Positions 1-14,095 of a stretch of 64,000 nt of DNA are shown here, piece by piece (positions within the stretch are counted from its first letter, which is position 1; every line of letters starts with the position of its first letter). The notes beneath the pieces are model-generated. The model had not been told where the DNA came from. It was given only the letters and a program-made list of their open reading frames with translations, and searched no databases. A program made the translations under genes and the position numbers. This DNA is from Eledone cirrhosa (taxonomy: Eukaryota), in contig OZ024760.1 in assembly GCA_964016885.1 (NCBI GenBank), positions 24,614,001 to 24,678,000 on the forward strand. The letters run 5' to 3'.

Positions 1-105
1 GTATATTTACTCCAATAATTTGTTGAGTGCTTTATATCAGTTATAAAAATATTTTGCTTGTTGTATCCCAACAAATTAAATATAACCTCTACATATATGT
101 ATATA

Positions 106-141
<36 letters not shown>

Positions 142-220
142 TGTATATATGTATAAATATAATTTCAGCGAGATCGAATTTCGGCTGTGGTCGAAAACAA
201 AGCGAAACGCAATATTCGAG

Positions 221-271
<51 letters not shown>

Positions 272-453
272 CACACACGTGTTGGATCTCAGTCGGTTCC
301 AATGACGAGTTTTTCAGTTGTTTGATCAACAAAATAACCTGCGCGTGAAAATAGCTAGCAAGTGGGTGAGTATTCCACATAAACGTGCACTCTAAATTTA
401 ATTCTCAGGGAGATTCAGAGGAGTACAATGTGTGATACATCTATCTATCTATA

Positions 454-520
<67 letters not shown>

Positions 521-695
521 CTGAAATGTCGGTAAACAACTAACATATACTCGAAATTATATATTTGACTATGTATATATGAGTATGCGTTTGCGTGCGC
601 GGGCGCCTGTGTGTGTGTATAGATAAGTAAAATAAGGGATAAACAAATATAAAAAAGGTTCTTAATAAATTAGTAGAGTCTAAGCATCGTTATTC

Positions 696-878
696 AATAT
701 AGAAATTGCTCCTACAGGACTAGAAATGTTTCATTCGAAGGAAATCATCAGGATTTCCTCATGATTTCCTTCGATTGAAACAGTTCTAGTCCCGTAGGAG
801 CAATTTCTATATTAAATGTTAAATATTTATTGCATTGAGTACTTTACTTCCTGTGGTTACCCCCGATTGAAACCGCCA
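696..878 (+). mobile_element. Fold-back pLTR-like element, homologous to 55611-55806
   Basis: Palindrome 696-813 containing CTGATGA-tttccttcgaat-GAAA on the minus arm, then a tail with TTGAGTAC ending at (CA)/(TA). Confidence 0.7.
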
Positions 879-942
879 CACATACACACACACACATGTT
901 AATATATATATGTAATTATACACATCATAATATGCGTATATT

Positions 943-993
<51 letters not shown>

Positions 994-997
<4 letters not shown>

Positions 998-1188
998 AAC
1001 GAGTAGGACCCCGAAGGCTGAGCTCAAGCCGTTTCGACGGCTAATTCTTTTTTTTTTTTTTTTTTTTAGTCCAGAATTAGCCGTCGAAACGGCTTGAGCT
1101 CAGCTGTCGGGGTCCTACTCGTTCTACCCTAAGTATTGAGTACTTTGGTGCGTTATGGTCCATCTGGTTCCTTACCACATTTCCTTCG

Positions 1189-1191
<3 letters not shown>
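994..1191 (+). mobile_element. Fold-back element; family also at 40403-40591, 41554-42072, 44677-44757 (-), 49797-50038 (-)
   Basis: ataggaacgagtaggaccccg... arm plus inverted arm, then the shared tail ...aagtattgagtactttggtgcgttatggtccatctggttccttaccacatttccttcgtt, flanked by (TA)n. Confidence 0.8.
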
Positions 1192-1234
<43 letters not shown>

Positions 1235-1368
1235 TACTTGGGTTAGTAGAGTGGGTATTACGAACAAATTCTGGCCGTTCCGACAGCTAGATCCCAACCA
1301 GATTTAGTTCTCCAAACGGTCGGAGCTCAGCCGTTGAGGTCTTGAATTTTTTCATATATATATATACT

Positions 1369-1406
<38 letters not shown>

Positions 1407-1428
1407 CTCACATATATATATATATATA

Positions 1429-1512
<84 letters not shown>

Positions 1513-1594
1513 TATTCATATGTATATAAATATATATATTTACACAAATACGTACATATATATATATATTCATGCATACCCCCCCACACACATC

Positions 1595-1659
<65 letters not shown>

Positions 1660-1765
1660 GTATACACATAAACACTTTCACCACATATATATTTATATGT
1701 ATATAAATATATATATTTACACAAATACGTACATATATATATATATTCATGCATACCCCCACCAC

Positions 1766-1830
<65 letters not shown>

Positions 1831-2257
1831 TATACACATAAACGCTTTCACCACTGCTTCTGACACAAACTCATATATATCAACCCAACATTATGCATGC
1901 ATACTCATGTACGTAAATAAATCTCAAGAGAAAAAATGGTTAGTCTTGAATCAATAAACATATTTCTTATAGAGAGGCAAACATAAATCCGAACCTAATT
2001 AAAGCAATCATATGTAAGTATATGAAATATTCTGGCTAGCTTCTCCTTTTTTTTTTCAATTTATCATTCCATTTATTTTCTAGTGTCACGTGTTCTCTTT
2101 AATAAAAATGTTTATTTTAATTTGTTATTTAACAAAATGGCGATTGCTGCTTAGAAAATGAATTTTTGTTGAAAATAAATATTTCTATATTTTAATCAAA
2201 ATACGAATGATAAATATTCTAATATAATAGCTAGGCATGTTTGAGAGGCAACTGGGC

Positions 2258-2350
<93 letters not shown>

Positions 2351-2627
2351 TATATATATATATATATTAATATATATATATATTTATATATATATATATT
2401 TATATATATATATATATATTAATATATATATATATATATATATTAATATATATATATATTAATATATATATTTATATATATATATATATATATATATTAA
2501 TATATATATATATATATTAATATATATATATATATATTAATATATATATATATATATGTATGTATATATATATATATATATTAATATATATATATATATA
2601 TATATGTATGTATATATATATATATTA

Positions 2628-2661
<34 letters not shown>

Positions 2662-4245
2662 TAATATATATATATATATGTATATATATATATTAATATA
2701 TATATATATATATGTATGTATATATATATATATATTAATATATATATATATATATGTATGTATATATATATATATATTAATATATATATATGTATGTATA
2801 TATATATATATATATATATAAAACCGTAGAGTAATTATATATATTTATATATATATATTTGTATATATGATTATATATTTTATTTACTACTTCTGACATT
2901 ATCACTATTATTACTACTACTACTACTACTACTATTGCCATTATCACTACTACTACTGATAATACTAATATTTGTTTTCTTGCACATGCACAAGAGTCTT
3001 GGGAGAGTGTTACCGTTATTGATTATCGATTATATCAATTCCTGTACTTGCCTGGTAATTTATTTTATAAACCGTGACGGTATGATAGATAATTTGACCT
3101 CGGGGTGCCATAACGAATTCCGCAAAGCCTTTTATTCGACGCTCCAGCGATTCTGCCAACCGACCGACCAAATAATGGCACAACATCTCGTAATTTTGTG
3201 GTAAGGGCAAATTGATTATGTCCATCGATTATATTATACGATTGGTACTATATTTTATCGATCTCGTACCAATGGTTTCAAATTTAGGCATATATTTGTA
3301 TTGTATGGAAGTTATTGCTACAAGTCTCAAATGAACTCATTAATATAATTTGACGAGAAATTTCAAGAGAGTGATGTTGTGCTCAAATAATAAAATACAG
3401 CATATTAAAAACCCAAAACGAGCAGTTAGCCTGTGCTGCAACCGTCGCTCCAAATTTCAGGCGAACATACGTTCTTATGTACTTTGCAATGACTATTCAG
3501 TACTATCAAGAATCAGAGAATACATCAATTACTCGTCCGCCTGTTTATTTGTTCGTTCCTTCCTTCTTTCCTTCCTACGTACCGTCCTCTCACATTGTTT
3601 TTCATCCTCACTATCTCTCACTACCTCTATTTATACTCTCTTCCTCCCTCCCTTCACCCCTCACCAGCTCTTTCTATCTTCTCTTCCTCCCTCCCTTCAC
3701 CTCTCACCAACTCCCCTTCCTAACCCTCTCACCCCCACACACAACCAATCTACCATACTATCTCTCCATTTTTCCCTCCCTTTGTACCTCTCCCTCCCCC
3801 ATATCCTTTCTCACACACCTCACACTCCCCACTCTACTGTACTACCTCTTGTCCTTCCCAACTCCCTCCCTCCCTCTCTTTGTACCTCTCTCTCTCCCTC
3901 CACCCTCTCCATCTCTGCTACTCCATACCTCTCTACCTCCCCTCCACCTCTCCCCTCCCACACTAATCATGTCAATAACCAGAACTGAAATATTTAACCT
4001 CTGGAGTTTCCAAACACTTTTAGACAGAGAAAAATTTAATTCTTGCCATCATTAACATTAATTCAATAAGACTATTTACCATTTTTGAGGAACGAAATTG
4101 TTGTTTTATAATATTTGTTGGTTTCGTTAATCTTTATTTTTTTTCACTTTCCACCATTTTATTGTTTAGGTTATTGCTATATTCTCCGTATTTTTATTTA
4201 AATCTCTGTCCTAATTTTTGTTATATTATCATCATCATCATCATC

Positions 4246-4473
4246 GCAGTATTGCTTGAGCGTAAGATGCCATGCTTTACAGCATAGAGTTATGGTTCTT
4301 TACGTTCTGAGTTCAAATCCTTCCGAGGTTAACTTTGCCTTTCATCCTTACGAGGGCGATAAAATAAAGTACCAGTAATGTATTGGAGTCGATTTAATCG
4401 ACTTACTTTTCCCTTCCACAAAACAATTGTTGGTCTTGTGCCTAAATCAGAAACAATTATTATTATTATTATT
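4246..4473 (+). mobile_element. tRNA-derived SINE (same family)
   Basis: gagttcaaatcc...aactttgcctttcatcc...gtaccagt, (ATT)n tail. Confidence 0.8.
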
Positions 4474-4729
4474 AATAGATTTTGTTTGGCATCCTCAATG
4501 CATTACCGAGCGCTGCTCTGTGCACTTTGGATATGTGCAGTTTGGTTCTTGGTTGTGTTGTTTCTATTGTATTGTGAATAGTCTTCGTAATATGGGTACA
4601 GTGATTTGTAGTGCTACGTTTTGTATGTTAATGTTATCCTCAATGTTGTTGTTGTTGTTGCTGGTATAAGTAGGCTTCATATCAAACCACACTACATGCT
4701 ACACCCACTACATTAACTCCTATAAATAA

Positions 4730-4766
<37 letters not shown>

Positions 4767-4799
4767 TAAGTATTAATAAAATAGATGTTCTTTTGATCA

Positions 4800-4862
4800 A
4801 TTACATTTTATTATACATATTTCGGATGTACAACAGTACGTCCTCATCAGACAAAACATAAT
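4800..4862 (-). ncRNA. Type-I hammerhead ribozyme (inverted copy of 4956-5018)
   Basis: Reverse complement reads ...gttttgtCTGATGAggacgtactgttgtacatccGAAAtatgtATAataaaatgtaa. Confidence 0.85.
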
Positions 4863-4955
4863 GATACATGACATACCCTGAGATGTTAAATGGTTAAGAT
4901 TTAATCAAGGTAGTCAAATCTTAACCATTTAACATCTCAGGGTATGTCATGTATC

Positions 4956-5018
4956 ATTATATTTTGTCTGATGAGGACGTACTGTTGTACATCCGAAATA
5001 TGTATAATAAAATGTAAT
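4956..5018 (+). ncRNA. Type-I minimal hammerhead ribozyme
   Basis: Stem I attatattttgt/ataaaatgtaat (12 bp, 2 GU). CTGATGA at 4968-4974. Stem II ggacgtac/gtacatcc. GAAA at 4995-4998. Near-palindromic stem III ATATGTAT. Cleavage triplet ATA at 5004-5006. Confidence 0.88.
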
Positions 5019-5153
5019 TGATCAAAAGAGCATATATTTTATTATTACTTATATTTTAATATTAATAACTCCAGAAAATTATATTATCGTTGAGTGCTTC
5101 CAATCTACTGTAAAACTCATTCTTTGACATAATCATTGAATATTCTTTAACAC

Positions 5154-5197
<44 letters not shown>

Positions 5198-5270
5198 GTG
5201 TTAAAGAATATTCAATGATTATGTCAAAGAATGAGTTTTACAGTAGATTGGAAGCACTCAACGAAAAAAA

Positions 5271-5301
<31 letters not shown>

Positions 5302-5612
5302 ATTGAATATAAAAGATATATACATATATGTGTTCAAATCGTAAGGGACCTGATTCACTACTGTGAAAAACATACTAACTATTAACAATAGGGTTTGCCA
5401 GACTCAATTTAAAACAATAAATCAAGAAAAGAATACAAACCGATATTAGGCAACGGCCGGACACCCAAACAACTTTAGTAGGCTGTTTTGCAATTTTAGC
5501 GAAGGAAATTACCAATTCTTTGCTCATCAATATATTACACGGCTGAGAAAAACCTCTTTATTTGAGCTATTTAATTGTAAGAGACTATTTTGAGTTTCTA
5601 ACTCAATATATA

Positions 5613-5647
<35 letters not shown>

Positions 5648-6407
5648 TGTGTGTATATATGTATTGTACGTATGGGTGTGTACGTGTATGTGTATATATA
5701 TATATATATAGTCGCGTACGTACGTGTGATTAGATATACATGGGGCGATATGTGTGTATGTATATACGTGCATCCTGTGTATGTATGTGCGCATGCATGC
5801 GCTTTTGTCTGTACGTATTTGCGTGTATAAATATTTTTTTATAGATATATGTGTATGTACGGGTGTACCTATGTTTGTTTTCTTTTCTTTTCTCTAGTAT
5901 TAATTGACTACTTTCTCTTTCATTTAAAAATGTTTTTCTTTCTTATATATTGTTTCATTTTTATACATATATCGAGAATGACACTTTCTTTTAACTATTA
6001 CACTCCCTTCCCTCTTTATCTTCCGCATATAAGTGACCGCTCGTGTGTGTGTGTTTATACGCGTGCTTTCATACTCGTATGTGTATCTAATACCTGTATC
6101 TGGATGCGTGTCAACTATATTATCTTTTTCTTTTTCAACTCATATTATATCCGTATTTGTGGTTACATATACACAAATATACTTGCCCTCATATATGTAT
6201 TTACGCACACATTTTCACCATACACACGCATTTGCACATACATACATATGTACATTTGTGAGTGTATATACATACATATACACACACCTAACTATATTTC
6301 CTTATATTTTTTATATATTTTATATATCTCTTGAATTACTTTTATTTATATATATATTTTTTTTGCATTTCTTGAGGAGACTTTCCAAATATTTCACTAT
6401 GTTTTAT

Positions 6408-6485
6408 ATTGCCTTTTCCGACGAACGAATGAGGACGTTTTTTTCATATTCGTCTTATTCGGGAAACCTCTGGTAATGAGGTAAT
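6408..6485 (+). ncRNA. Hammerhead ribozyme variant (CCGACGA core)
   Basis: attgcctttt-CCGACGA-a-cgaatgaggacg...cgtcttattcg-g-GAAA-cctctgGTA-atgaggtaat. Stems I, II and III all pair. Confidence 0.65.
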
Positions 6486-6582
6486 TATATTGTATTGTTT
6501 ATTATACATTAAATTTTGCTCTAGTACTTACATAGAGCACTCTTCACTCCTATGACATTTTCAATTTTCAACGGAAACTTCA

Positions 6583-6669
<87 letters not shown>

Positions 6670-7854
6670 TAAATATAAATATATATTTATGTATGTAAAT
6701 ATATGTCAGGTGGCTTTTCGGCGCTACAGGAAACATGTACAACCTATGCGTGGTCGGGTCGTCGGCAACTAAACCAACAACCCCACCAAGCTAGTTTGTT
6801 GAGGAGGGTGAATTTGATCACTCTGCAGGAGAAATCAACGGCCATCAAATAAAGTAATTTGTTTGTGGAGTAAGAGACTCCGAGTCTTCATTAAGACATC
6901 TCTCTAGGAGAAGGTCACTTTGATATAAAGCCTGTAACTTCATTGGCATCCAATGATGTAGCTAAGTTCTTCTTTAGGAGCAAATGCCTTCGATATTCAA
7001 AGAGAGGGATTGGCTCCGTGCATGGCCTTTCCCCATATCAAAAAAACTTCAAGCACAGACATGGCTTGATATGTGCAACTTTTTTGCAATGATTGGTATA
7101 GCTGGATATAGGTGGGTTCCTTCTAGGACTAGGAAGCCACGACCTTGGTGGTCATGTAGCCATCATGTATGTATATATATATATATATAAGTGTGTGTGT
7201 GTGCGTGTATGCGCGCGTGTGTGTGTATAGTTATACACATACATACATACATGCACACGCACACACACACACTCTCTCTCTCTGTCTCTCTCTCTCTCAC
7301 ACACACCCATATATACACATGTATATATATGCATATATACATATATATATATGTGTGCGTACGTGTGTGTGTTTGTGTGTATTTGTGTGTGTGTGTGTAT
7401 GTGGATCTGTTGGTGTGTGTTTGTGTTTTTCTCTGTGTGTGTGTGTGTGTGTGTGTGTGTTTGTGTGTGTGTGTTTGGGTGTGTTTGTGTGTGTGTTTGC
7501 GTGTGTATTTGTGTGTTTCCAGCCTTGTAATCATTCAGACAGAATTTTACTTAAGATTCTAAATGTTTTAATTTAGCGGAAAATGAATTCAAGTTTCTCA
7601 TTTAACCTTTCAATAGATAATAAACAACAACAATAACTGCAGCAACAACAACAACGACAACAACAACAACAACAACAACAATAACACATACACACACACA
7701 GTAAAATAACAAAAAACAAAGCCACGCCATTAAATAGACTTAAAACAAAAACAATAACAACAGGAACAAAAAACAAAAGACAAATTATAACAACTATACA
7801 ACGATAAATTGTTTAAATATTCTGGATTTGAATATATAAATGTATACGTATATC

Positions 7855-7908
<54 letters not shown>

Positions 7909-8050
7909 ATGTAAATATATTATACATACATGTATGTATTTATACACATATATATATATATACATATACATATATGTACATATATATATATGTATATATG
8001 CATATATATATGTGCGTGTGTATGTATATTTATTATAGATATAGATACAT

Positions 8051-8083
<33 letters not shown>

Positions 8084-8206
8084 CATATATATGTATATAT
8101 ATAAACATATATATATATTTTTATTTATATATATATATACATAAACATATATATACATACATACATATACATAAATATACATATATATACATATATATAT
8201 ATACAT

Positions 8207-8272
<66 letters not shown>

Positions 8273-8558
8273 ATAATAATAAATTTGAAGACTAAAATCC
8301 AAAGAGGGCTCGATAAGGATAAATATATATCAAATATATAAGAACCGTAGTTCAAATATTTATTAAAATAACAGATTAAAGTTTAAACAAAGAATCGCTG
8401 CTTTCACCCTTAACGTTTCCACGAACCAAAGTATCGTCTTCCTCTCTTCCTCCGGTTGCAACGTTTTTTGAAATATTCCCTTCTGCGTTCACTGATTGGT
8501 TTTGTTGGTTTCTGATATTTTTAAGCTTGTTGTATCCCAACAAATTAAATATAACCTC

Positions 8559-8652
<94 letters not shown>

Positions 8653-8787
8653 GAGGTTATATTTAATTTGTTGGGATACAACAAGCTTAAAAATATTTTT
8701 ATAACTGATATAAAGCACTCAACAAGTTATTGGAGTAAATATACACAATATATTAACAAATGGAAACTATATTTATAAAACCATATT

Positions 8788-8853
8788 TATTTTATTATAC
8801 ATATTTCAAGGGCCACCAAGGCAAATTATAGTGCGCTTTCATTAGATAAAATA
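8788..8853 (-). ncRNA. Hammerhead ribozyme copy with inactivating core change (CTAATGA)
   Basis: Inverted copy of 9080-9144 with G5->A in the core. Confidence 0.7.
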
Positions 8854-9079
8854 CAATACAGATTAGTTTTATAAATAAATATTGACATACCCTGAAAAAA
8901 GACAACCTTAACTGTTGGAGCTTCCTGGATAGTAGAGATATTAGATTTATTGAGGGTGATACAAGGTTATTGTTGAGTATGCAAATGAGTGTCCGAAAGG
9001 TTTAAATAACGGTATATTTAAATTAAACCGTTGGAAGAGAGTGATATTGTGATGGAGAGACAAAAATGAAAGAGAAAAA

Positions 9080-9144
9080 TATTTTATCTGATGAAAGCGC
9101 ACCATAATCTGCCTTGGTGGCCCTTGAAATATGTATAATAAAAT
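9080..9144 (+). ncRNA. Type-I hammerhead ribozyme
   Basis: tattttat-CTGATGA(9088-9094)-aagcgcacca...tggtggccctt-GAAA(9126-9129)-tatgtATA-ataaaat. Confidence 0.82.
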
Positions 9145-9214
9145 TAATATGGTTTTATAAATATAGTTTCCATTTGTTAATATATTGTATCTCTCTCTCT
9201 CTCTCTCTCTCTCT

Positions 9215-9253
<39 letters not shown>

Positions 9254-9542
9254 AGATATATATATATATACATATATGGATTGACAGCTAGCATCATCCC
9301 ACTCCCACAATAAAGAGGAGCTGCCTCGACCTTTGCTTGACAGCACATATTCCGCGCGCACGTGCGCTCTACAGAATATCTGAGTTACACACAAACAGCG
9401 GACGACAGAGGCCACGTACCGTTCCTCTCCGACATAATTTTCCCTTTCGGAAAACCCCCAGTTGATGGATGCGAAATCCGAAATATAGGGACAATTAAAT
9501 CTCACCCAAAGTAACTCTATCTCGCGTTATTATTTTTGAATT

Positions 9543-9735
9543 GGCAGTGAATTGGCAGTATCGGAAGAGGGTCGGACCCATGCTTTGACGCATAGAGTTA
9601 CGGCCCTTTCCATTTCTGAGTTCAAATCCCGCCGAGGTTAACTTTGCCTTTCTTCCTTACAGAGTCGCTAAAATAAAGTACCAATAATGCACTGGGATAA
9701 TTGGTGGCCTTGTGCCAATTGTAGAAACAATTATT
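9543..9735 (+). mobile_element. tRNA-derived SINE (same family)
   Basis: Co-linear with 46509-46707. Confidence 0.82.
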
Positions 9736-9874
9736 TTTACGCTCTTTCCTACGTTTCTCTACACACTATACATCTCATTCTACATTTCCTCTTACATCTC
9801 TTTTTTCACCAGCGGATCCTGTTACCCGGAGATTTACCCATCTGCATTGTTGAGGCTTCCAAAACGACCAAAAA

Positions 9875-9913
<39 letters not shown>

Positions 9914-9917
9914 CATA

Positions 9918-10493
9918 TCTGTATATATATAAAGATGAAGTTTTCTGTATGTGTGTATGTGTGTGTGGACAATTTTTAATGAGGGCTCATAAACCATTCA
10001 TGCGATTTCTTTGAAATTTTTTACAGAGCTTCTCTTTGCACAAAACCTGTACATGATCTACAAAGGCTTTCAAAAATCGATATTGGGGCCTTTGGAGACA
10101 TTAAAAAATTTCGGTTATTTGTGTCAATTTTCGAGATTAAGTAATACAAGAGTTATCTTTCGTCAATACAATAGGGAGTGATTTTTGATGTTGGGATTTT
10201 GACTATTACAATTCGGCTCATTCGGATTTTACTTTACTCTTTGTACTTGAAACAAAAGGTACGCTTCCTCGAGACTCACATTATCATTTTGTATATTTCA
10301 CAACCAGCAATTTCTAACAGATTACTAAAGGATGACACCGAGCCCACATAATTATTTCGCTGGAATAGTGCCTAAGGTTTTCATGTTTATATAAAGTACG
10401 TTTTTCTTCTATCTATTCAAATTTACTTTGTTTAGTTTAATGAGCTACATCGAAAGCTACATGAACCGCCCAAAGGACGGGTACTTTAGCTAG
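9918..10493 (+). mobile_element. Non-autonomous Helitron
   Basis: 5' A|TC-tgtatatatataaag. 3' hairpin ccgcc caaa ggacgg followed by CTAG|T. Homologous to 17331-18011. Confidence 0.8.
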
Positions 10494-10536
10494 TAATTAT
10501 ATATATATATATTATATATATATATATATATACATA

Positions 10537-10801
10537 TCCAGGGAACTTTAACCGCTAAGGTTGTCTTTTTTCCGGGTATGTCAATATTTATTTATAAAAC
10601 AAATCTGTATTTTATCTGATGAAAGCGCACCATTATTTGGTTGCCCTTGAAATATATATAATAGAATAATTATGGTTTTATAAATATAGTTTCCATTTAT
10701 TAATATATTGAATATTTACTCCACTAAAATGTTGAGGGCTTTATATCAGTTATAAACATGTTTAAGCTTGTTGAATCCCAACAAATTAAATATAACCTCT
10801 G
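10537..10801 (+). mobile_element. Solo ~265-bp pLTR-like unit in (TA)n
   Basis: Co-linear with the reverse complement of 8650-8930. Contains a hammerhead and ends caaattaaatataacctctg-(TA)n. Confidence 0.8.
10608..10668 (+). ncRNA. Type-I hammerhead ribozyme
   Basis: tattttat-CTGATGA(10616-10622)-aagcgcacca ttatt tggttgccctt-GAAA-tatatATA-atagaata. Confidence 0.8.
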
Positions 10802-10820
10802 TATATATATACATATGTAT

Positions 10821-10927
<107 letters not shown>

Positions 10928-11038
10928 TATATATATATACGATATGTATGCTTGAATTTGTTTCCAATTCTTTTCGTTTGATTTGTTCTGTATTATTCTC
11001 ATCGTATCGGATTATTTTTTACCATCATCATCATCATC

Positions 11039-11070
<32 letters not shown>

Positions 11071-11306
11071 TATTAGTAGTAGTAGTACTGTTGATATTTT
11101 TTTCTCTGCCGCTGTTGCAGCTGTAGTTGTAGTAGTTATTGTTTTTTCCCGTACATTGCGTTGTATAGACTAATTCTATTTCGGCTTATATATGTGTGTT
11201 TTGGCTCTCTTCTAATCTGTTTGAAAAACTGAGTGGCGACCTTATATCATTTAATTATAATATCAGACATAGTTGATTTTAATAGCGGAAACATTAAATA
11301 GCTACC

Positions 11307-11337
<31 letters not shown>

Positions 11338-11386
11338 GTATGTATATATATATATATTTATACATATATAAAAACAAATATATATG

Positions 11387-11421
<35 letters not shown>

Positions 11422-11621
11422 ATAATTCTGGCAATATTACACAAATATGACTCTCCCCAAGTATAACAATATATATATATATACATACATATATATATAT
11501 ATTTTATATATATATATATATAAAAATATATATGTATACATATATATATATATTATATATATATATGTATGTATATATATATATGTATGTATATATATAT
11601 GTATATATATATATATGTATG

Positions 11622-11673
<52 letters not shown>

Positions 11674-12551
11674 CACATATATATATATTTCTGTGTGTGT
11701 ATCTATCTATATATATATATATAACCGGGGGTATATGGTCTTTAAAGCGATGAAATACCAATGATGGTTGGAAGATCACTGATGAAGGACTAACTTTATT
11801 CATATGTAATCCATTTGCAACCATGCATCACATTTATTCTCATATTTACACATAGTTTTCCCCCCGCTGTGACCCGTCTATTTCGTTCTTACTGCTTCCT
11901 CTTTCTCTGTATCTTTACCCTCTCTAACAGTCACTCTCTCTGTTAGCCTCTTCCTCACCCTTCACTCACTCACTCTCTGTTACTACTTCTCCTCCTCCTC
12001 CTTCTTCCCGTTTGACCTGTGCGTAATTCTTTTCTTTCGCACGCTTGGTCAGGCTGGTTCGCCTTTTTTCTCTCTCTCGTCTACGATTTCACAGAACTTA
12101 TGTTCACCGATTTCACAGACTAGATTCCTTCTTCCTCCCGTTAGACCTGTACGGAATTCCTTCCTTGCTCACATTCCAACCAGGTTTGATGGTCTTTATT
12201 CTCTGTCGTTCACGATTTCACCGAACTTATATTCATTGAAATTTGGGACTTGACTCGTTCTTCCTCACATTTCGTTACTTCACCATCTTTGTTTGTTTAC
12301 ACTCTCGCTGTCCCCTTTATTTACGTGTCCCAACGACTTTTTTTAGCCGTTGCTCGCACCAACCGAAGGTATATGGTGGTTAAAGCGATTAAATACCAAT
12401 GATGGTTGGAAGATCACTGATGAAGGACTAACTTTATTCATATATATATATATACAACACCTTCACCACTAATTGATTTGACAGATGTCTTTAACCCATT
12501 GTTACCAAATATTATTTGGTCAGTAGTTCGTGTGTAAGTATATATATATAT

Positions 12552-12677
<126 letters not shown>

Positions 12678-13394
12678 ATGTGTGTGTGTGCGTGTGTTTG
12701 TGTGTCTGTGTCTATATACGTAAGTTTGCAAGCATGAATGAAAACACTAAGCTTTAGATTTAGTAGAATGTACAACCACTGATTCCAGCTATTTGCACTA
12801 TCATATATTTTGGTTTCTAGTAAATCCTTGGGGAATTGGTTGACCAAAGCTTTGCTTAATTGTTTTATTTATTTAAAAAAAATTATTCTTTCTCTTAGAT
12901 TTCAGTTACTTTTTTAAAGCAAAGCACCCCCCCCCCCCGATACTACAGTGGGCTCTTGCAATTCTACCGTGTGCCCCCTGGGGCCCACTTGCCATTAAGC
13001 AACCTGGCAACCTGGCCAGTCCGCCACTATATACTTATACACATTCATATATACGCACGAATATATATACAGTGATACATATGTATACATAGTAGTAAAT
13101 AAATATCCAAGATGAAATCCGTAGGAGATTTTATTTATCATACATAGGTTTCTAAAAAAAGAGTTAAAAATTGTGAAGAACCTTGCTCAAACACAATTAT
13201 AATTATATGCGATGGTGGTTTGAAAAGTTCAGAGCATGACCACGATACTCTCATGGAATGGACAAATGAGCTTTAGTTTTCAACAATGTCTCTAGAAATA
13301 AACAATGTAGTTATTAGTAAGAAGAGTTGAAATTAATGCATGCAAGATTTCACAGCTCCAGCATCACTCCTTCATAGTCAGCATTTGACCAGGA

Positions 13395-13553
13395 TTTTAC
13401 GTCCGCTTTTCCCTGCTTGCAAGGGTGGGACGGGTCCTATTCAGCACAGCATCTCTCCACTTGTCACAGTCCATCGTCATCTCTTCCGTGAGCTTCAGCG
13501 ATTTGAGGTCTTCTCTCACCATCTCCGCCCATGTTTTTCTGCGTCTTCCTTCT
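13395..13553 (-). mobile_element. 3' fragment of an RTE-clade LINE
   Basis: Minus-strand translation GRRRKTWAEMVREDLKSLKLTEEMTMDCDKWRDAVLNRTRPTLASREKRT*, matching the GRPRKTW...DL...DR..WR tail of RTE ORFs. Confidence 0.75.
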
Positions 13554-14095
13554 AATCAGTCTTATAATTGTTTTAGAGAGTTTAGCTTTGAGTTCCTTTG
13601 GCATTCTTTTGTCAAAAATTCCGGGTATTGTGTATTAAACATTTATAATTTACATCACTCTACCTTTACTAATGTATATTCCTTGTAAAGGCTTTATCTC
13701 ACATAATTATTTCATATAATCTCAAGTCTACGACATTTATCTCCCTTACCATCCTCCGGGGAAACACCTTCTTCATTCTGTCCGCCTGGGTTGTGGGGCG
13801 GCCAGCACGTGGGACTCCATTGTTCATAATGCAGAGAGATGGGGAGGGCGAGAGAGATGGAGGCGATGACAATGGGAGTTCGGCCCTTCTGTGTACGGAC
13901 ACACTTATTTCTATTTTCCTGTGCACTAATTATAATTAGTCCATAATTAGATTACTATCGTATTTTATCGGTAGAATGTTCTCTAAACCTGTGCAAATAT
14001 TCTTACAAAGAAGAATTTAGTTTAAAATTGAATTATTACGAAATTATCAATTCTCTTTCTCATTCTAATGATGCTATTGTTTATTTTAAGAACGA

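Larger units (their letters stand above)
4762..5265 (+). mobile_element. Fold-back PLE pLTR derivative with a second inverted 3' end across (TA)n
   Basis: Arms 4762-4902 / 4916-5056, tail to ~5158, (TA)n, then an inverted copy of 5088-5158 at ~5192-5263. Confidence 0.8.
8521..9190 (-). mobile_element. PLE-derived element: full pLTR (~8930->8650), spacer, inverted partial pLTR (9080-9190), plus inverted 3' tip at 8521-8562
   Basis: Homologous to 10537-10800 (+) and 1-91 (+). Hammerheads on both arms. Confidence 0.8.

Noticed and set aside
3350-4055. 212- and 192-aa S/P/L-rich ORFs
   Set aside because: Arise from a CT-rich low-complexity tract.
6706-7163. GC-richer insert in (TA)n as a coding exon or endonuclease fragment
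   Set aside because: Stops and frameshifts in all frames; no motif I can name confidently. Probably a TE remnant.
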